In this document: one piece after another, positions 1 through 12,059 of the stretch
How the letters are laid out: every line of letters begins with the position of its first letter
Numbering within the stretch: position 1 is the first letter of the stretch
Assembly (NCBI RefSeq): GCF_902713615.1
Contig: NC_052150.1
Span: 90,589,206-90,653,205 of the forward strand
Source: Scyliorhinus canicula
Lineage: Eukaryota
Reading direction: 5' to 3'
DNA: 64,000 nt
Position numbers and translations under genes: made by a program
Notes under the pieces: model-generated
The model's input: the letters and a program-made list of their open reading frames with translations, nothing else
The model's database searches: none
What the model was told of the DNA's origin: nothing

Positions 1-951
1 TCTGATCAAGGCATCTTTCCCCTTCGAACGTCTCAGTATAGGCTTCAAGGGTCCCCTCCCCTCCAACAACCGCAACATATATTTCTTGAGTGTTATTGAC
101 GAGTACTCCTGCTTCCCTTCGCCATTCCCTGCCCCGACATGACCACAACAACCATCATAAAGGCCCTCCTGTCCAATTTCTCCCTGTTCGGTTACCCCGC
201 GTACATCCACAGCGACCGGGGGTCCTCCTTTATGAGTGACGAACTGCGTCAATTCCTGCTCAGCAGGGGCATAGCCTCTAGCAGGACGACCAGTTATAAC
301 CCTCGGGGTAATGGGCAGGTCGAGCGGGAGAATGACACCATTTGGAAGACCATCCTGCTGGCCCTACGGTCCAGAGATCTCCCTGTTCCCCGTTGGCAAG
401 AGGTCATCCCCGACGCCCTCCATTCAATCCGGTCTCTCCTCTGTACTACCACCAATCAAACACTTCATGAACGTCTTCTTGTTTTCCCTAGGAAGCCGTC
501 CTCAGGATCCTCTCTCTCGACCTGGCTGGCCACCTCAGGGCCCATCTTGCTCCGGAAGCATGTGCGGGTGCACAAGTCCGACCCGTTGGTTGAGCGAGTC
601 CAGTTACTCCACGCCAACCCGCAATATGCATACGTGGAGTATTCCGACGGTCGGCAGGATACGGTCTCCCTTCGGGACCTGGCACCCGCCGGCGTGCAGC
701 CTTCCCCCCCTACATCAACACCTCCCCCCCAACCCCAATTCCCCCCAGCGCCCCCTGCGCCCCCACGACCCAACGCACAGACCCCCTCTTCCCCGATTAC
801 AGCGTCTCCACCACCGGCCCGGGGTACGGAGACACATCTACGACCAATGCTCCCGGAGGCAAGGACGACCACCGGCCCGACATCACCGCCTCCACTGCAA
901 CAGTCCACCAGAACACCACGGGCACCCAACAGGCTGATCGTGTCCATCTGA
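1..951 (+). pseudogene. Gypsy-type LTR retrotransposon integrase, C-terminal part of pol (disrupted)
   Basis: Frame 2 reads PFERLSIGFKGPLP..VIDEYS, then a frameshift near 118 into ORF 139-951 with IHSDRGSSF and YNPRGNGQVER (rve core). The first catalytic D appears as G. Pro-rich tail. Confidence 0.9.
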
Positions 952-1152
952 TGCAACCATGGGACTTTATTGGACTCTATTGTAATTTTTTTGCACCCAA
1001 CTGTATTCGGTTTTGTTCATTTTGCCACTAGCCAGTGTGCAGCCCCCATGTTCTCGATTGTCTCTACTCATACCACCAGTCCTCACCCCCGCCCCCTCTC
1101 TCTCTCTTCCCCTTACAACACCCCCCAGCCTTCTTTCTCCACAAGAGGTGAA

Positions 1153-1433
1153 TGTGGTGGTATGAATAGGAGCACAGCCATTGGTGCAGAGCACTGGTTT
1201 CCCATTGGCTCTGGCTGGTCATGTGCCTCTCATCTGATTGGCTGGGACTAGTCATGTGACTGCTCATCAATTGGTTTAGAGGCAAATAGACCCCGCCTCC
1301 GAGGCAGGGTATAAGTACCCAGAGTTCCCGGCGGTTGGCCTTTCACTGTAGTCAACCACCGGGCTAACATCTAGCTGATTAAAGCCTAAGTTTGGACCTT
1401 CATCGTGTCTCGCATCATATTGATGGTACATCA
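1153..1433 (+). mobile_element. 3' LTR of the Gypsy element
   Basis: Follows purine tract ACAAGAGGTGAA; TG...CA termini; several CCAAT boxes, TATAA at ~1310, ATTAAA at ~1378; related copy at 11686. Confidence 0.8.
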
Positions 1434-2210
1434 TTCCTCAAAGACTGCCCCAGTATATAGCTGTCGTGCACATTCCCCAGGAAGTGTGCACTCACGTGCA
1501 TTATTTTCATCTGGCGGTCGCAGATGTGTTGTTCAAGGAGTGGAACCGCTTTCTGTTAACAAAGGCACCCCCAGATGGCCCGGTGAGTACAGGGAAACAT
1601 GTGTGGCATCTATGACCCACTTCGACCTGGGACATCGCGGTGATGGCAGAGAAACCTGCTGCCTGGGCATCTTGTTGGACTTGATTCATGTCAAAGATTA
1701 TGTAGACTTCCGTCCGAGCATAGAGGACATTCATGACATGCCAGATGCGCCGATGGGCTGTGGCTGTGGGATACCACACAGGTCCCCACTCGAGTCCTGG
1801 AATGATCCCGTGGCATTAAAGTTCAGGGCTGCGGTGACCTTGACGGCCACCGGGTGAGGGGTCCTTCTCCTCCACGTGGTGCCAAGTCTGCGAGGACATG
1901 ACATAGGTGTCGCACCGTCTCCTTGTTGAGGCGGAGTGTCCTGCGGCACGCACTGTCCGTCAGTTGTTCAAAGGACCAGTGATGCTTGTACACCCTGGGC
2001 CATCATGGGACTATCCCTCCACCCCCCTCCCCCCCCCCCCCCCACCCCCACCACCCCCCCCCATCCCCCCCTGCCCCTGTCCCATCCCCCTCTGGGTTCC
2101 TCTGTGGCCTGATGGGCAGCCAGGTCCTCAGGGTGTGGGACGGGGTCTGGCATGTGGGCCGCCGCCTCGATCATCTGCAGACGCTGCTGCTGCCGCCTTC
2201 TCCAGCGTCT
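1434..2210 (-). pseudogene. Harbinger/PIF (HARBI1-like) DDE transposase relic, cut by the Gypsy LTR
   Basis: Minus-strand frames give VKVTAALNFNATGSFQDSSGDLCGI and FVNRKRFHSLN, both HARBI1-family motifs; frameshifted. Confidence 0.8.
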
Positions 2211-2289
2211 GACCTCTTTCAGAGGGTTGATGCAGACTCAATGGGCCGAATGGCCTTCTTCTAAAATGCAGGGCTTCTATGAAATAAGG

Positions 2290-3162
2290 TCACTTCACAT
2301 TCTTCTAAACCCAAATGAGTATAGGTCCAACTTACTTGAACTTTCAACTGAAGACAACCCTTTCATCCCAGGAATCTGCCGATATATTTTCTCTGAACTT
2401 CTTCCAATCAAAATAATTAATACAATTAAGCAGAATCAAGATGTGCACAGTAAGGTTTCACCAATGCCCTGTGCAGTTGTAGCAGGATGTCCTTAGTTTA
2501 TATTCCATCCCTCTTGCAATAAAGACAAATATTCCATATGGCTTCCTAATCACTTGCTGTATACACATGCTACCTGTTTGTGATTCATATATATGGATCC
2601 TGAGATCTCTTTGTACTGCAGCATTTTGCATTATCTCTTCATTTAACTATTATTCTGTTTTACTATTCTTGCTACCCAAGTGTACATCCTCACATTTTCC
2701 CACATTATACTTCACCTGTCCATTCACTTAACCACAAATGTCAAGAACGATTGAATATTCTTTTGCAGGCGCTTTGTATCCTCCTCACAACTTACTTTCT
2801 TGCCTATCTTTACATCATCAACCAATTTGGTTACAATGCTGTCAGTCCCTCCATCCAAGTCATTAATGCACATTGTAAATAGTTGAATCCCAGCAGTGAT
2901 TCCTGTGGCACTCCACTAGTTACAGTTTGACACCCTGAAAATGACCCATTTATCCTGAATCTCTGCATCTTGGTAGCAAGTCCTCCAACAGTGCGAATAC
3001 ATCATCCCCCCCAACACCATGAGCTCTTATCTTGTGCACCAACCTTTTATTTGACACATTATCAAATATCTTTTGGAAATCCAAATGCATTCCTCTACCG
3101 ATTCCAACTATCGACCCTGCTTGTTACTTCCTCAAAGAACTCTCATAAATTTGTCAAGCATT
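2290..3162 (-). mobile_element. Degraded CR1 LINE RT fragment
   Basis: Reverse complement resembles the CR1 ORF2 at 32235-33506 (SGVPQ..LG and KC.V.H segments); many stops. Confidence 0.7.
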
Positions 3163-3397
3163 AAAATAAAAGCAAAAAACTGCAGCCGCCGGAAATCTGA
3201 AATAAAAACTGAAAATTCTGGAAAACCTCAGCAGGTCTGGCAACATCTGTGGGAAGTGAAGCAGAGTTGATGTTTCGAGTCTGTTTGACTCTTTTTTTCA
3301 GAGCTGAAGTCCTTTGGACTCACACTATTAGCACTGTTTCTCTCTCCACAGATGCTGCCAGGGCTGCTGGGGTTTTTCGGCATTTTCTGTTTTTGTC
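3163..3397. mobile_element. Palindromic Penelope-like terminal-repeat (pLTR) remnant
   Basis: Inverted arms CAGCAGGTCTGGCAACATCTGTGG / CCACAGATGCTGCCAGGGCTGCTG; same family as 26278-26410 and 60389-60627; decayed hammerhead core on the minus strand. Confidence 0.7.
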
Positions 3398-3507
3398 AAA
3401 CATTGGACCCAAGATAATTTCTCAATACTGTACTGATATTATGCTTTACTAACAGAGCCATCACACCACCTTTTCCACCAGTCCTTCAGAAATGTCTAGT
3501 ACCACTG

Positions 3508-3690
3508 AATAATAATAATAATAATCGCTTATTGTCACAAGTAGGCTTCAATGAAGTCACTTTGAAAAGCCCCTAGTCGCCACATTCCAGCACCTGTTCG
3601 GGGAGGCTGGAACAGGAATTAAACCCGCGGTGCTGGTTTTGTTCTGCATTACAAGCCAGCTGTCTTAGCCCACTGTGCTAAACTAACCCC
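3508..3690 (-). mobile_element. tRNA-derived SINE, second tail type, (ATT)n end
   Basis: A/B-box-like head (TAGCACAGTGG..GGGTTTAATTCC) plus tail GGGGCTTTTCA..AAGCCTACTTGTGACAATAAGCG; near-identical copy at 63458-63646. Confidence 0.8.
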
Positions 3691-3712
3691 TGCATATTCA
3701 GTTCCCAGTCAT

Positions 3713-4036
3713 GGGAGCACAGTAGTACGAGTGGATAGCAGTGGCTTCACAACGTCAGGGTCCCAGGTTCGATTCCCTGCTGGGTCTCTGTCTGTGCGGA
3801 GTCTGCACGTTCTCCCCGTGTGTGCGTGGGTTTCCTCCGGGTGCTCCTGTTTCCTCCCACAGTCCAAAGATGTGCAGGTTAGGTGGATTGGCCATGATAA
3901 ATTGCCCTTAGTGACCAAAAAGGTTAGATGGGGTTATTGGGTTACGGGGATAGGGTGGAAGTCAGGACTTCAGTGGGTCGGTGCAGACTCGATGGGCCGA
4001 ATAACTTCCTTCTGCACTATATGTTCAATGTTCTGT
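3713..4036 (+). mobile_element. HE1-type tRNA SINE, full length
   Basis: Head GGGAGCACAGTAG..GGTTCGATTCC, core GGTTAGGTGGATTGGCCATG, CR1-like tail GATGGGCCGAA..CTGCACT..(TTCTATG)-like end. Confidence 0.9.
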
Positions 4037-4224
4037 GGTCACTTTGCAACCATAGGCTCGATTCAGATCCACACTGGGCACAATGGATAAGTCGCATGAG
4101 AGCTCCAAATCGGCTTCACGCAAGTCATCCGGCCCGCTCTTCCTGTCGGTATGTTTAAATGAGCCTAAAGACTCATATAAATACCTGGCTGCCGGATTCA
4201 CCCAGAGTTTGAAACGCTATGCCT

Positions 4225-4740
4225 GGGAGACGTTGCCAAGATTGGTGTGGGAGAAATGGGTTTCAATCCATGCAGCAGTGGTATCAGTTCTGGGGAAAGA
4301 AGGAGCTGTAGCATCGGGATGACCTTTACCAGAACCACACTGGGACCAATATACTTGTGAACCATTTAACTAGGGCTGCAGAGAGTGCTTTAAACTAAAT
4401 AGTGGGAGGAGGGTGCACATAAAGGGAGATTTGAGAAGCTAAAAAGAAAAAGGGAAAATGGAAAAGTGCAAGGAAGTGATCAGGGTGTTTGACAGAAAGG
4501 GACAAGTGTACAAACAAAAGAATTCCATATGGGCGGCACGGTAGCACAGTAGTTAACACTGTTGCTTCAAAGCTCGTGGGTCCCAGGTTCCATTCCTGGC
4601 TTGGGACTCTATGAGCAAATAAGATCAGAGTAGTGAAAAATCAGAACATAGATAAAACTAATTTTTATCTGAATGCACTCAGCATTTATAACAAGATGCA
4701 TCAATTGATAGCACGAATAGAAATAAATGACTAAGACATA
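4225..4740 (+). mobile_element. CR1 ORF1 (esterase) C-terminus and ORF2 start relic, with a SINE head at 4531-4606
   Basis: Translates WCGRNGF..WYQFWGKKEL*HRDDL..TGTNILV..ALN*, then YLNALSIYNK (APE start). Confidence 0.6.
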
Positions 4741-5415
4741 GTGGACCAAAATGCCAGTCCTATCAGGACTGTACCTGTAGAGTGGCCAGGGTGACAGAGA
4801 GTAATGGTTTTACTGAAGGTTCGGACATCAATGCAGAGTGAGTGAATAAACAGAAAAGCTACACAAAAAAGAGCAGTGTGATTTACCAGACGAATTGTAT
4901 GAGCTAGGAAGCAAAGGTGGCAAGTGGCACTCAGCATAAAGGACTGAGAAAGAACAGCAATAGAAAGTAAGGAAGGTGTTTCATTAGCAAACGCTGGTGA
5001 ACAAAGGAAAAAAAGCATATGAAGAACTAAATTCAAAAAAATGAAAAAAGTGAAATGATTGAGATGAGAAGAGAAGAAAATGTTGACATTGATTTCATTG
5101 GACCAGAGAGTGAGATAAGTACAGCAATAAATGAGATAAAAACGGGGAAGTGACTGGAATAAATGAAATGCCGACAGAATTGATTAAAAGCTTGGGAAAG
5201 AACACAGCAGCAATGTTTGATATGCTGTGCAAAGTTATATACTTCTCAGGTGAATAACTGGAGGATTTCATGCAGACCATAATGATAATGCATAGAAAGA
5301 AGTCAAAGGCATGTCAATGTTCTGACTCTCATACAATTATTCTTAGCAGACACAAGGGAGCATTAACATCTGGAGGTTCCTTTCTAAGCCACACACCATC
5401 CTGACTTGGAACTAT

Positions 5416-5879
5416 GGGCGAAATTCTCCGCCCCCCAGCAGGGTCGGAGAATCGCCTGGGGCCGCTGAAAATCCCACCCTCGCCGTGGCAGAGATTCTCC
5501 GCCACCCGGGAAGTGGCGGCGGCGGGAATCTCGCCACTCCTATCGGCGAGGCCCCTGTGGCGATTCTCCGGCCCGCGATCGGGCCCCCCGCTCAGACTCT
5601 GGGCCAGTGCCCTGGGTGCACTCTTTCTCTCTTTCTCCTCCGCGGCTGCTAACGTCACCGCCGGCGCATGCGCCGACCGGCGAAAGCCTTTCGGGAAGCC
5701 CCGCTGCCGGGGGCACCGGTTTTTTGCGCCAGTCTTCTGGTGACAACCGCTCCGGCGCGGGGATAGCCCCAAAGGTGCGGAGAATTCCCCACCTTTGGGG
5801 AGGCCCGACCCCGGAGTGGTTGGCGCCACTCCCCTACGCCGGGACCTCCCGTCACGCCGGGTAGGGGAGAATCCCGCCC
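5416..5879. mobile_element. Harbinger-type GC-rich MITE
   Basis: TIR GGGCGAAATTCTCC / GGAGAATCCCGCCC; TSD TAT; splits a LINE 3' end (~5380-6080). Confidence 0.9.
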
Positions 5880-6818
5880 TATATTGCTGTTCTTTCACTG
5901 ACGCTGGGTAAAAATCCTGGAACTCCCTCCTTAACAGCACTGTGGTGTACCTATGCCAGATGGACTGCAGCAGTTTAAGAAGGCAGCTCACCACGACCTC
6001 CTCAAGGGCAATTAAGGATGGGCTATAAATGCCCATAAATGTCCTGCCCAGCGATGCCCACATCCCATGAATGAATAAACAAAGTTCTGATTTTTCCTTG
6101 CAAGGGAGATGGAAGAATGGAAGAATGCCAGAGAGACCATGCATCTACGGTTATGTTGCGAATTGTAAGAGAATGTGTGGGAATGCACAGACGTACACTG
6201 GACATGACTCTTTCACAGGATCGGTGCAGACTCGATGGGCTGAAAGGCCTCCTTCTGCACTGTAGGGATTCTATGATTCTATGATGACCAATTTAGAATG
6301 CAGGGAGGAAGAGGGACAAGATGAACAAGCAGCATTATAAGATTAATAGGTGAAAACTTTGGACAGGAAGAATAGCTTTTTTTTGTAGATTTTGAAAAAA
6401 ACATTCAATTAAGTTAACTAGGTCGTGACGCAGCACTGAAAGACATTGGAGTAGAGTGGAGATATAGACGATTTATACTCAATCTGTACATGGTACAAAC
6501 AACAACAGTGAGAGTAGTTTATAGGAATTTATGGGGTCTGAATTTTTTGGAACACATTCCCACGGGCTCTATTTTACGTTCTAATGAGCACTGATTGGCA
6601 CAAGCCAGGGCTTCTATCCTCACTTGGAAGGAAGTCCTGCCTTGGTAAGCTGCCAGTCAATAAGATTAGTCAAAATCTCTCCAGGTCATCTCGGAACAGT
6701 GCTGCAGTGGCCAGAAGAGGCACTGCAGTGGGGTGCCTGGGGCGAAGTGTTGAGACTGATTCTCAGGGATCAGTTTTGGGACTGCAATTGTTTACAATTA
6801 ACATAGATGATTTGGACT

Positions 6819-7139
6819 TAGAAGATAGAACCTACAATGCAGAAGGAGGCCATTTGGCTCATCGAGTCTGCAGCGACCCACTTAAGCCCTCGCTTCCACC
6901 CTATCCCCGTAACCCAATAACCCCTCCTAACCATTTTGGACACTAAGGGCAATTTAGCATGGCCAATCCACCTAATCTGTACGCCTTTGGACTATGAGAG
7001 GAAACTGGAGCACCCGGAGGAAACCCATGCAAACAAGGGGAGAACGTGCAGACTCCGCACAGTGAACGAGCGGATATCGAACCTGGGACCCTGGAGCTGT
7101 GAAGCCACAGTGCTATCCACTTGTGCTACCGTGCTGCCC
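6819..7139 (-). mobile_element. HE1-type SINE
   Basis: Reverse complement of the 3713 SINE; ends GTGCTGCCC. Confidence 0.9.
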
Positions 7140-7746
7140 ACGTTGAGGACAAAGTGTACTGTGTCAAAGTTCGCAGATGACATTTAGATGAGCGGTGGAG
7201 TAAAGTGTGCAGAGGACACTGAAACTTTGCGGAGAGATTTGGATAGTTTAAGTGAGTAGGCAAGGGTCTGGCAGAGGGATACAATGTTGATAAATGTGAG
7301 GTCATTGATTTTGTACGAATAACAGCAAAATGGACTATTATTTAAATGGTAAAAATTGCAGCATGCTGCTGTGCAGAGAGATTTGGGTGTCCTTGTGCAT
7401 GAATCGCGAAAAGTTGGTTTACAGGTGCAGCAGGTAATTAAGAAGGCAAAAGGAATTTTGTCCTTCATTGTGAGAAGTATGGAGTTTAAAACCAGGGAAG
7501 TTATGTTGCAGCTGTATAGGGTTCTGGTGAGGGCATACCTGGAGTACTGTGTACAATTTTGGTCTCCTTACTTGAGAAAGGATGTACTGGAACTGGAGGA
7601 GATCTAGAGGAGATTCACTAGGTTGATTCCAGAGCTGAAAGGATTGGCTTATGAGGAGAAACTGAATAGACTGGGACTATACTCATTGGAATTTAGAAGA
7701 ATGAGGAGGGACCTGATAGAAACATATAAAATTATGAAGGGAGTAG

Positions 7747-8372
7747 AGTTATGGGCCAGGTTTTAGAGAACCCCAAAGTGTATCATGGCGTTCACCTGAC
7801 CCACAACTTTTAATAGATTGTTGTATGGAGAGCACACAGCCAAATCTACGGGTGTGGGACAGCAGAAATGGAAAAGTAGTTTTTTAAAAGCAAAACAATG
7901 TTTATTCTATGAACTCAAGTTAACCTTTTTAATATACAGTGAACATCTTAGCAACCATCAATTCAAATACAATCCCCAAAGAATACAACACTAAGTAATC
8001 CTTAATAACTTCCCAAACAACAACCAGAAGAAACACCTTTTAACAGAAGCACGTTAGGTTTACATTCACTACTGAGAATATTTATAATTCTGAATTCACC
8101 AAATGATCAAGAGATAGTCTTTTCATGGTAGAGAGATCAACAGTACACCCGCTCCGTCTGGCTTCAGCTCCAACACTGAAAACAAAACTAAAACACACCC
8201 TGCAGCAAACAGCCTAAAACAAAAGTAAAAAGCTGACAGACAGTCCAGCTCCACCCTCTCTGACATCACTGCAGTAATAAACACCCATTTCGTAAAGGTA
8301 CTCTCACTGCAGATATTTATATGCACACCCAATTTATAAACACCCATTTCTTAAAGATACTCTTACATGACA
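7747..8372 (-). mobile_element. Solo LTR of the Gmr1-type Gypsy family
   Basis: Homologous to LTRs 25756-27229 and 35589-36138; ends ATGACA; 4-bp flanks GTAG/ATAG. Confidence 0.9.
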
Positions 8373-9186
8373 ATAGCTAAGATTGAAGCACGGAGGTTGC
8401 TTCCACTGACGGGTGAAGCTAGATTTTCCCAGTAACTTCATTGCAGTGTTAATATAAGCCTACTTGTGACACTAATAAATGTTATTATATTATAGAACTA
8501 GGGAGCATAGCCTCAAAATAACGGGGAGCAGATTTAGGACTGAGTTGAGGAGGAACATCTTCACCCAAATTGTTGTAAATCTGAGGAGTTCCCTGCCCAA
8601 TGAGGCTACCTCATTGGATGTTTTAAAGGCAAAGATAGATAGATTTTTGAACAGTAAAGGAATTAAGGGTTATGTGCGCAGGTGGATAAGTGGAGCTGAG
8701 TACACAAAATGATCAGCCATGATCTTATTGAATGGTGGAGCAGGCTTGACAGGCCGGATGGCCTACTCCTGCTCATAGTTTTCATGTTCTTATGACATGG
8801 ACACCAGCTAAGTGGAAGGGATCCTGGGTGTTCAGCTCCAATGGTGACTCAAGAATAAGAAATAGGCAGCGAGTCTTGACTTCTTTGATTCCAAGTTTAT
8901 TATGTTCAGTAATCAATACTCCAACAACAAAACAGTGCCACCTGTGTCCCCATAAAACTAGAAGTGCACTCGATTAAATGATTAAAACTCCAATTCCAAA
9001 CTTAAGTAGGAGGAAACTTTAAATTTTTCCAACAGAATCCCCCTCTTAAAAAGAAAATCCTTCCATTTGGACATAAATTACATTATAGCATGACACAAAT
9101 GTATGTATATATATTAGTTTTCTGCAATAAATGCACGCTATTCCCTGTTAATCTCCCTGTTCTCTAGCATCTGCTTTAGGCTCACT

Positions 9187-9834
9187 GGGAGGGATTCTGT
9201 GATCCTGAGGCTATGTGTTGAGCTGTCGGAAACGCCGTCGGGTTTCTCAACGGTGCCAACATGGCCTCAGGATCAGTAATTTTGGCCCTTACAGGGGGCC
9301 AGCACGGCACTGGAGCGACCCACGCCACATGTACAGTGGCTCCCTTCTCCACGCAGGCCCCAATGCAACATGGCACAGTGCTACAGGGGAAGGCACGGAA
9401 GAAAGGAGGTCCCCAGCCAGAGATGCCGGGCCGCCAATTGGTGGGCCCCAGTGTGGGCCAGGCCTCATTGCAGGGCCCCCCCACCCAGTGTGGGCCAGGC
9501 CTCATTGCAGGGCCCCCCCACCCCCTCCCCCCGGAGTCCTCTCCCCCTCCCCCTGCACAGGCTGCTCCCGCACCCTTCCATGCCAAGGTCCCAACGGCTG
9601 AGAGCAGGTGTGAACGGCGCCGGCAGGACTCGTGTTTTTTACGATGGCCGCCCAATCCATCCTGGGCCGAGAATCCACGCGGCCCCGACTGGCGCTGCGC
9701 CAACCATGACAGGGCCAATGGTGCCGATTCTCCGCTCTGCGGAGAATCGCGCCCCGGTATCAGGGTGGCGTGGCGCGATTTGCGCCGGTCCCGGGGATTC
9801 TCCGGCCCGGCACCGGGCTGAGAGAATCCCGCCC
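9187..9834. mobile_element. Harbinger-type MITE
   Basis: TIR GGGAGGGATTCT / AGAATCCCGCCC; TSD ACT; same subfamily as 12060-12741. Confidence 0.85.
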
Positions 9835-9904
9835 ACTATGTCAATCTGTAGTCTCTTTTAATTGATGCATTTTGCCGAGTGGATATTCTCCCAAGGGAGT
9901 TATT

Positions 9905-10439
9905 CGGTGGGATTCTCCAATAATGGCGCTATGTCCCCACATTGGCATCAAAACTATTCTCCTACTTGCAGGGGGTTAGCAGGGCCCTGGTGTGCTTCTC
10001 ACAGCTCTGGCTGTGGATACGGGCCCTGCAACTCTGGTCGGGAGTCCGCGCATGTGCACGCTGGCGGCCTGCAGCGGCCACCCGATTGGACATGGTGGAC
10101 GCGCGCCACGGGGCGGCACCAAAAATGAAGGCCACCACCCCCCCGATATCGTGCGCGCCTGCGGATCGGTGCCACCCGATCACCCCCCTAGGCATCCATG
10201 AGGCCCCCTCCAGTTTAGGATTCTTCCGCCCCCCCACCAGGTCTGCCACAGACTGAGTCCACAGTCGCCAGAATCATACTGTCGGGAACTTGGCCAGTTA
10301 CCCTCGGTGAATCACGGGGGGAGGCTCTGGGGACCGGAGAATCACGGGAGACGCATCGGACCGAATTTCGTCATTGACGCCCATTCTCTGCCACCATGTT
10401 GATCGGGATTTCGGAGCGGAGGCTCGGAGAATTCAGCCC
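9905..10439. mobile_element. Harbinger-type MITE
   Basis: TIR CGGTGGGATTCTCC / GGAGAATTCAGCCC; TSD ATT. Confidence 0.8.
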
Positions 10440-10511
10440 ATTGTTTCTGTGACACTCGAAGGGTACTGTTCCCAAATACCCAGATCCATTTAAAATTTCA
10501 GTCAGGATCCT

Positions 10512-11680
10512 TTATATATAAAATGCCATATTGATTTTCTCCACTAGGGTAAGTGTCTCCGCTGTCAATGTATGTTTTACCACTCTTATATTTTTAGTTT
10601 CCCATGCCAGAGGGCAACATTTACCTTTCTCCCACCGAAGAAAAATAATAAATCCTCCTGCACTCGAAAAGCTACCACAGAAATTAGCTAAAGATGCGTC
10701 ACTATAAACAATCAGTTTCAGTTGTCTAACTTCATCTAAAGATGGGAGTTTCAAATCCAATTCTCACCTTTAATTTCACCAATGTTTTGTTTGCTCTAAC
10801 AATTTCTTCAACCTTAGGATCATTCATTTTAGTGCTTAGTTGTAAAACGTCAAACTGGTCCAGCCTTGTTTGTCTAGCTAACCAATTTAGCTACCCAATT
10901 AGACTTCGGAGTTCCTCTTTTTCTATTTTGGAAACTGCCTTATCCTTTTGTGAGGCCCTACCATGAATAATTACAATGGGATTAACATTCCCCAAGGAAA
11001 GTTGCTTATATAGAATGACATGCGAATCACTCTGCCCGATTTCTTTTTAAAATAATTTTCCAATTAAGGGGCAATTTAGCGTGGCCAATTCACCTTTGGG
11101 CTGTGGGGGTGAGACCCATGCAGACACATGGAGAATGTGCAAACTGCACTTGGACAGTAACCGGGGGCCTGGATCGAACCAAGGTCCGAGGCACCATGAG
11201 GCACCAGTGCTAACCACTGGGCCACCATGCCTCCCTCTCTGCCTGATTTCTAACCCAATGTATTTGAATGCTCCAGCCACTTGACTTCCAACCTTGAACT
11301 TTGTTCCATGCCCGTTAATAACAGTATTTTCAAATTCTTTATTACCACCCCACACAAATCATCACAAAAATCAAATCATCGAAAATGCATCATGAAGATG
11401 CCCGAATGGTTCCCTCCATGGTGCTAGTAAAACATCGCAGGGTCTGTTTTCAGCTGAAGTCAGCCTAAATTTTAAAAAAACCTCACTGAGAAATACCAAA
11501 TTCTGGTCGTGCCATTCAACCCACATACCCATTTATTTAACTTCCAGGGTACCCTTTCTGAGTTTGGACAAAAAAAAATGTATCTTTCAAGCTGATGTCC
11601 CTGTAAGAATTTAGCTTCAGTATTTATTGGCTTACGTTCCCAAGCATTTGCAGCTAACAGAGTGGAGAAAATCTTCAAAA
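10512..11680 (-). pseudogene. Copia reverse transcriptase/RNase H relic
   Basis: KLNKWVCGLNGTTRIWY, DPAMFY, ELRSLIG*LNWLARQTR, YSDASLAN..GGFIIFL..CPLAW..RVVKHTLTAET. Confidence 0.8.
11045..11236 (-). mobile_element. Short A-tailed HE1-related SINE
   Basis: tRNA head plus core ending TTGCCCCTTAATTGGAAAA; 15-bp TSD CTCTGCCYGATTTCT. Confidence 0.85.
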
Positions 11681-11685
11681 TAACC

Positions 11686-11925
11686 TGTGGTGATATGATT
11701 TGCATAGCTGTCTGCCATTGGGGCAGAACACCGGCTTACCATTGACCTTGGTCGGTCATGTGCCTCTCGACCGATTGGTTGAGACCAGTCATGTGACAGC
11801 TCTCCGATTGGTCGAGAGGCTGAGTTAACCACGCCTCCTTACCGAGGTATAAATAGTCGAAACGCCCGGCGGTCGTCCATTTTATTGTAGACAACCGCAG
11901 GGCTAAGTTCTAGCTTATTAAAGCC
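11686..11925 (+). mobile_element. Truncated LTR related to 1153-1433, followed by a SINE tail (11926-12000)
   Basis: TGTGGTGATATGA start; shared GTCATGTG, ATTGG, TATAA and ATTAAAGCC blocks. Confidence 0.75.
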
Positions 11926-12059
11926 GAACTAGGGGCTTTTCACAGTAACTTCATTGAAGCCTACTTATGACAATAAGCGATTTTCATTTCATTTAATTTC
12001 ATTGCCATTTATTTTCCTAGATCCTCAAAAACACTCTTCAGTTTGGAATTCAGAATACA

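Larger units (their letters stand above)
6745..8793 (+). mobile_element. CR1 LINE 3' portion interrupted by a SINE, a solo LTR and a SINE tail
   Basis: QGSVLGLQLFTINIDDL, SKFADD, LEYCVQFWSPYLRKD, TREHSLK; CR1 3' UTR at ~8710-8793. Confidence 0.85.

Noticed and set aside
3713-3785. tRNA-like A/B boxes (many copies)
   Set aside because: These are SINE heads continuing into SINE bodies; no complete cloverleaf.
5416-5879. CpG-island promoter or CRISPR-like repeats
   Set aside because: CpG richness is bounded exactly by TIRs and TSD; repeats are irregular and in both orientations; eukaryotic context with no cas genes.
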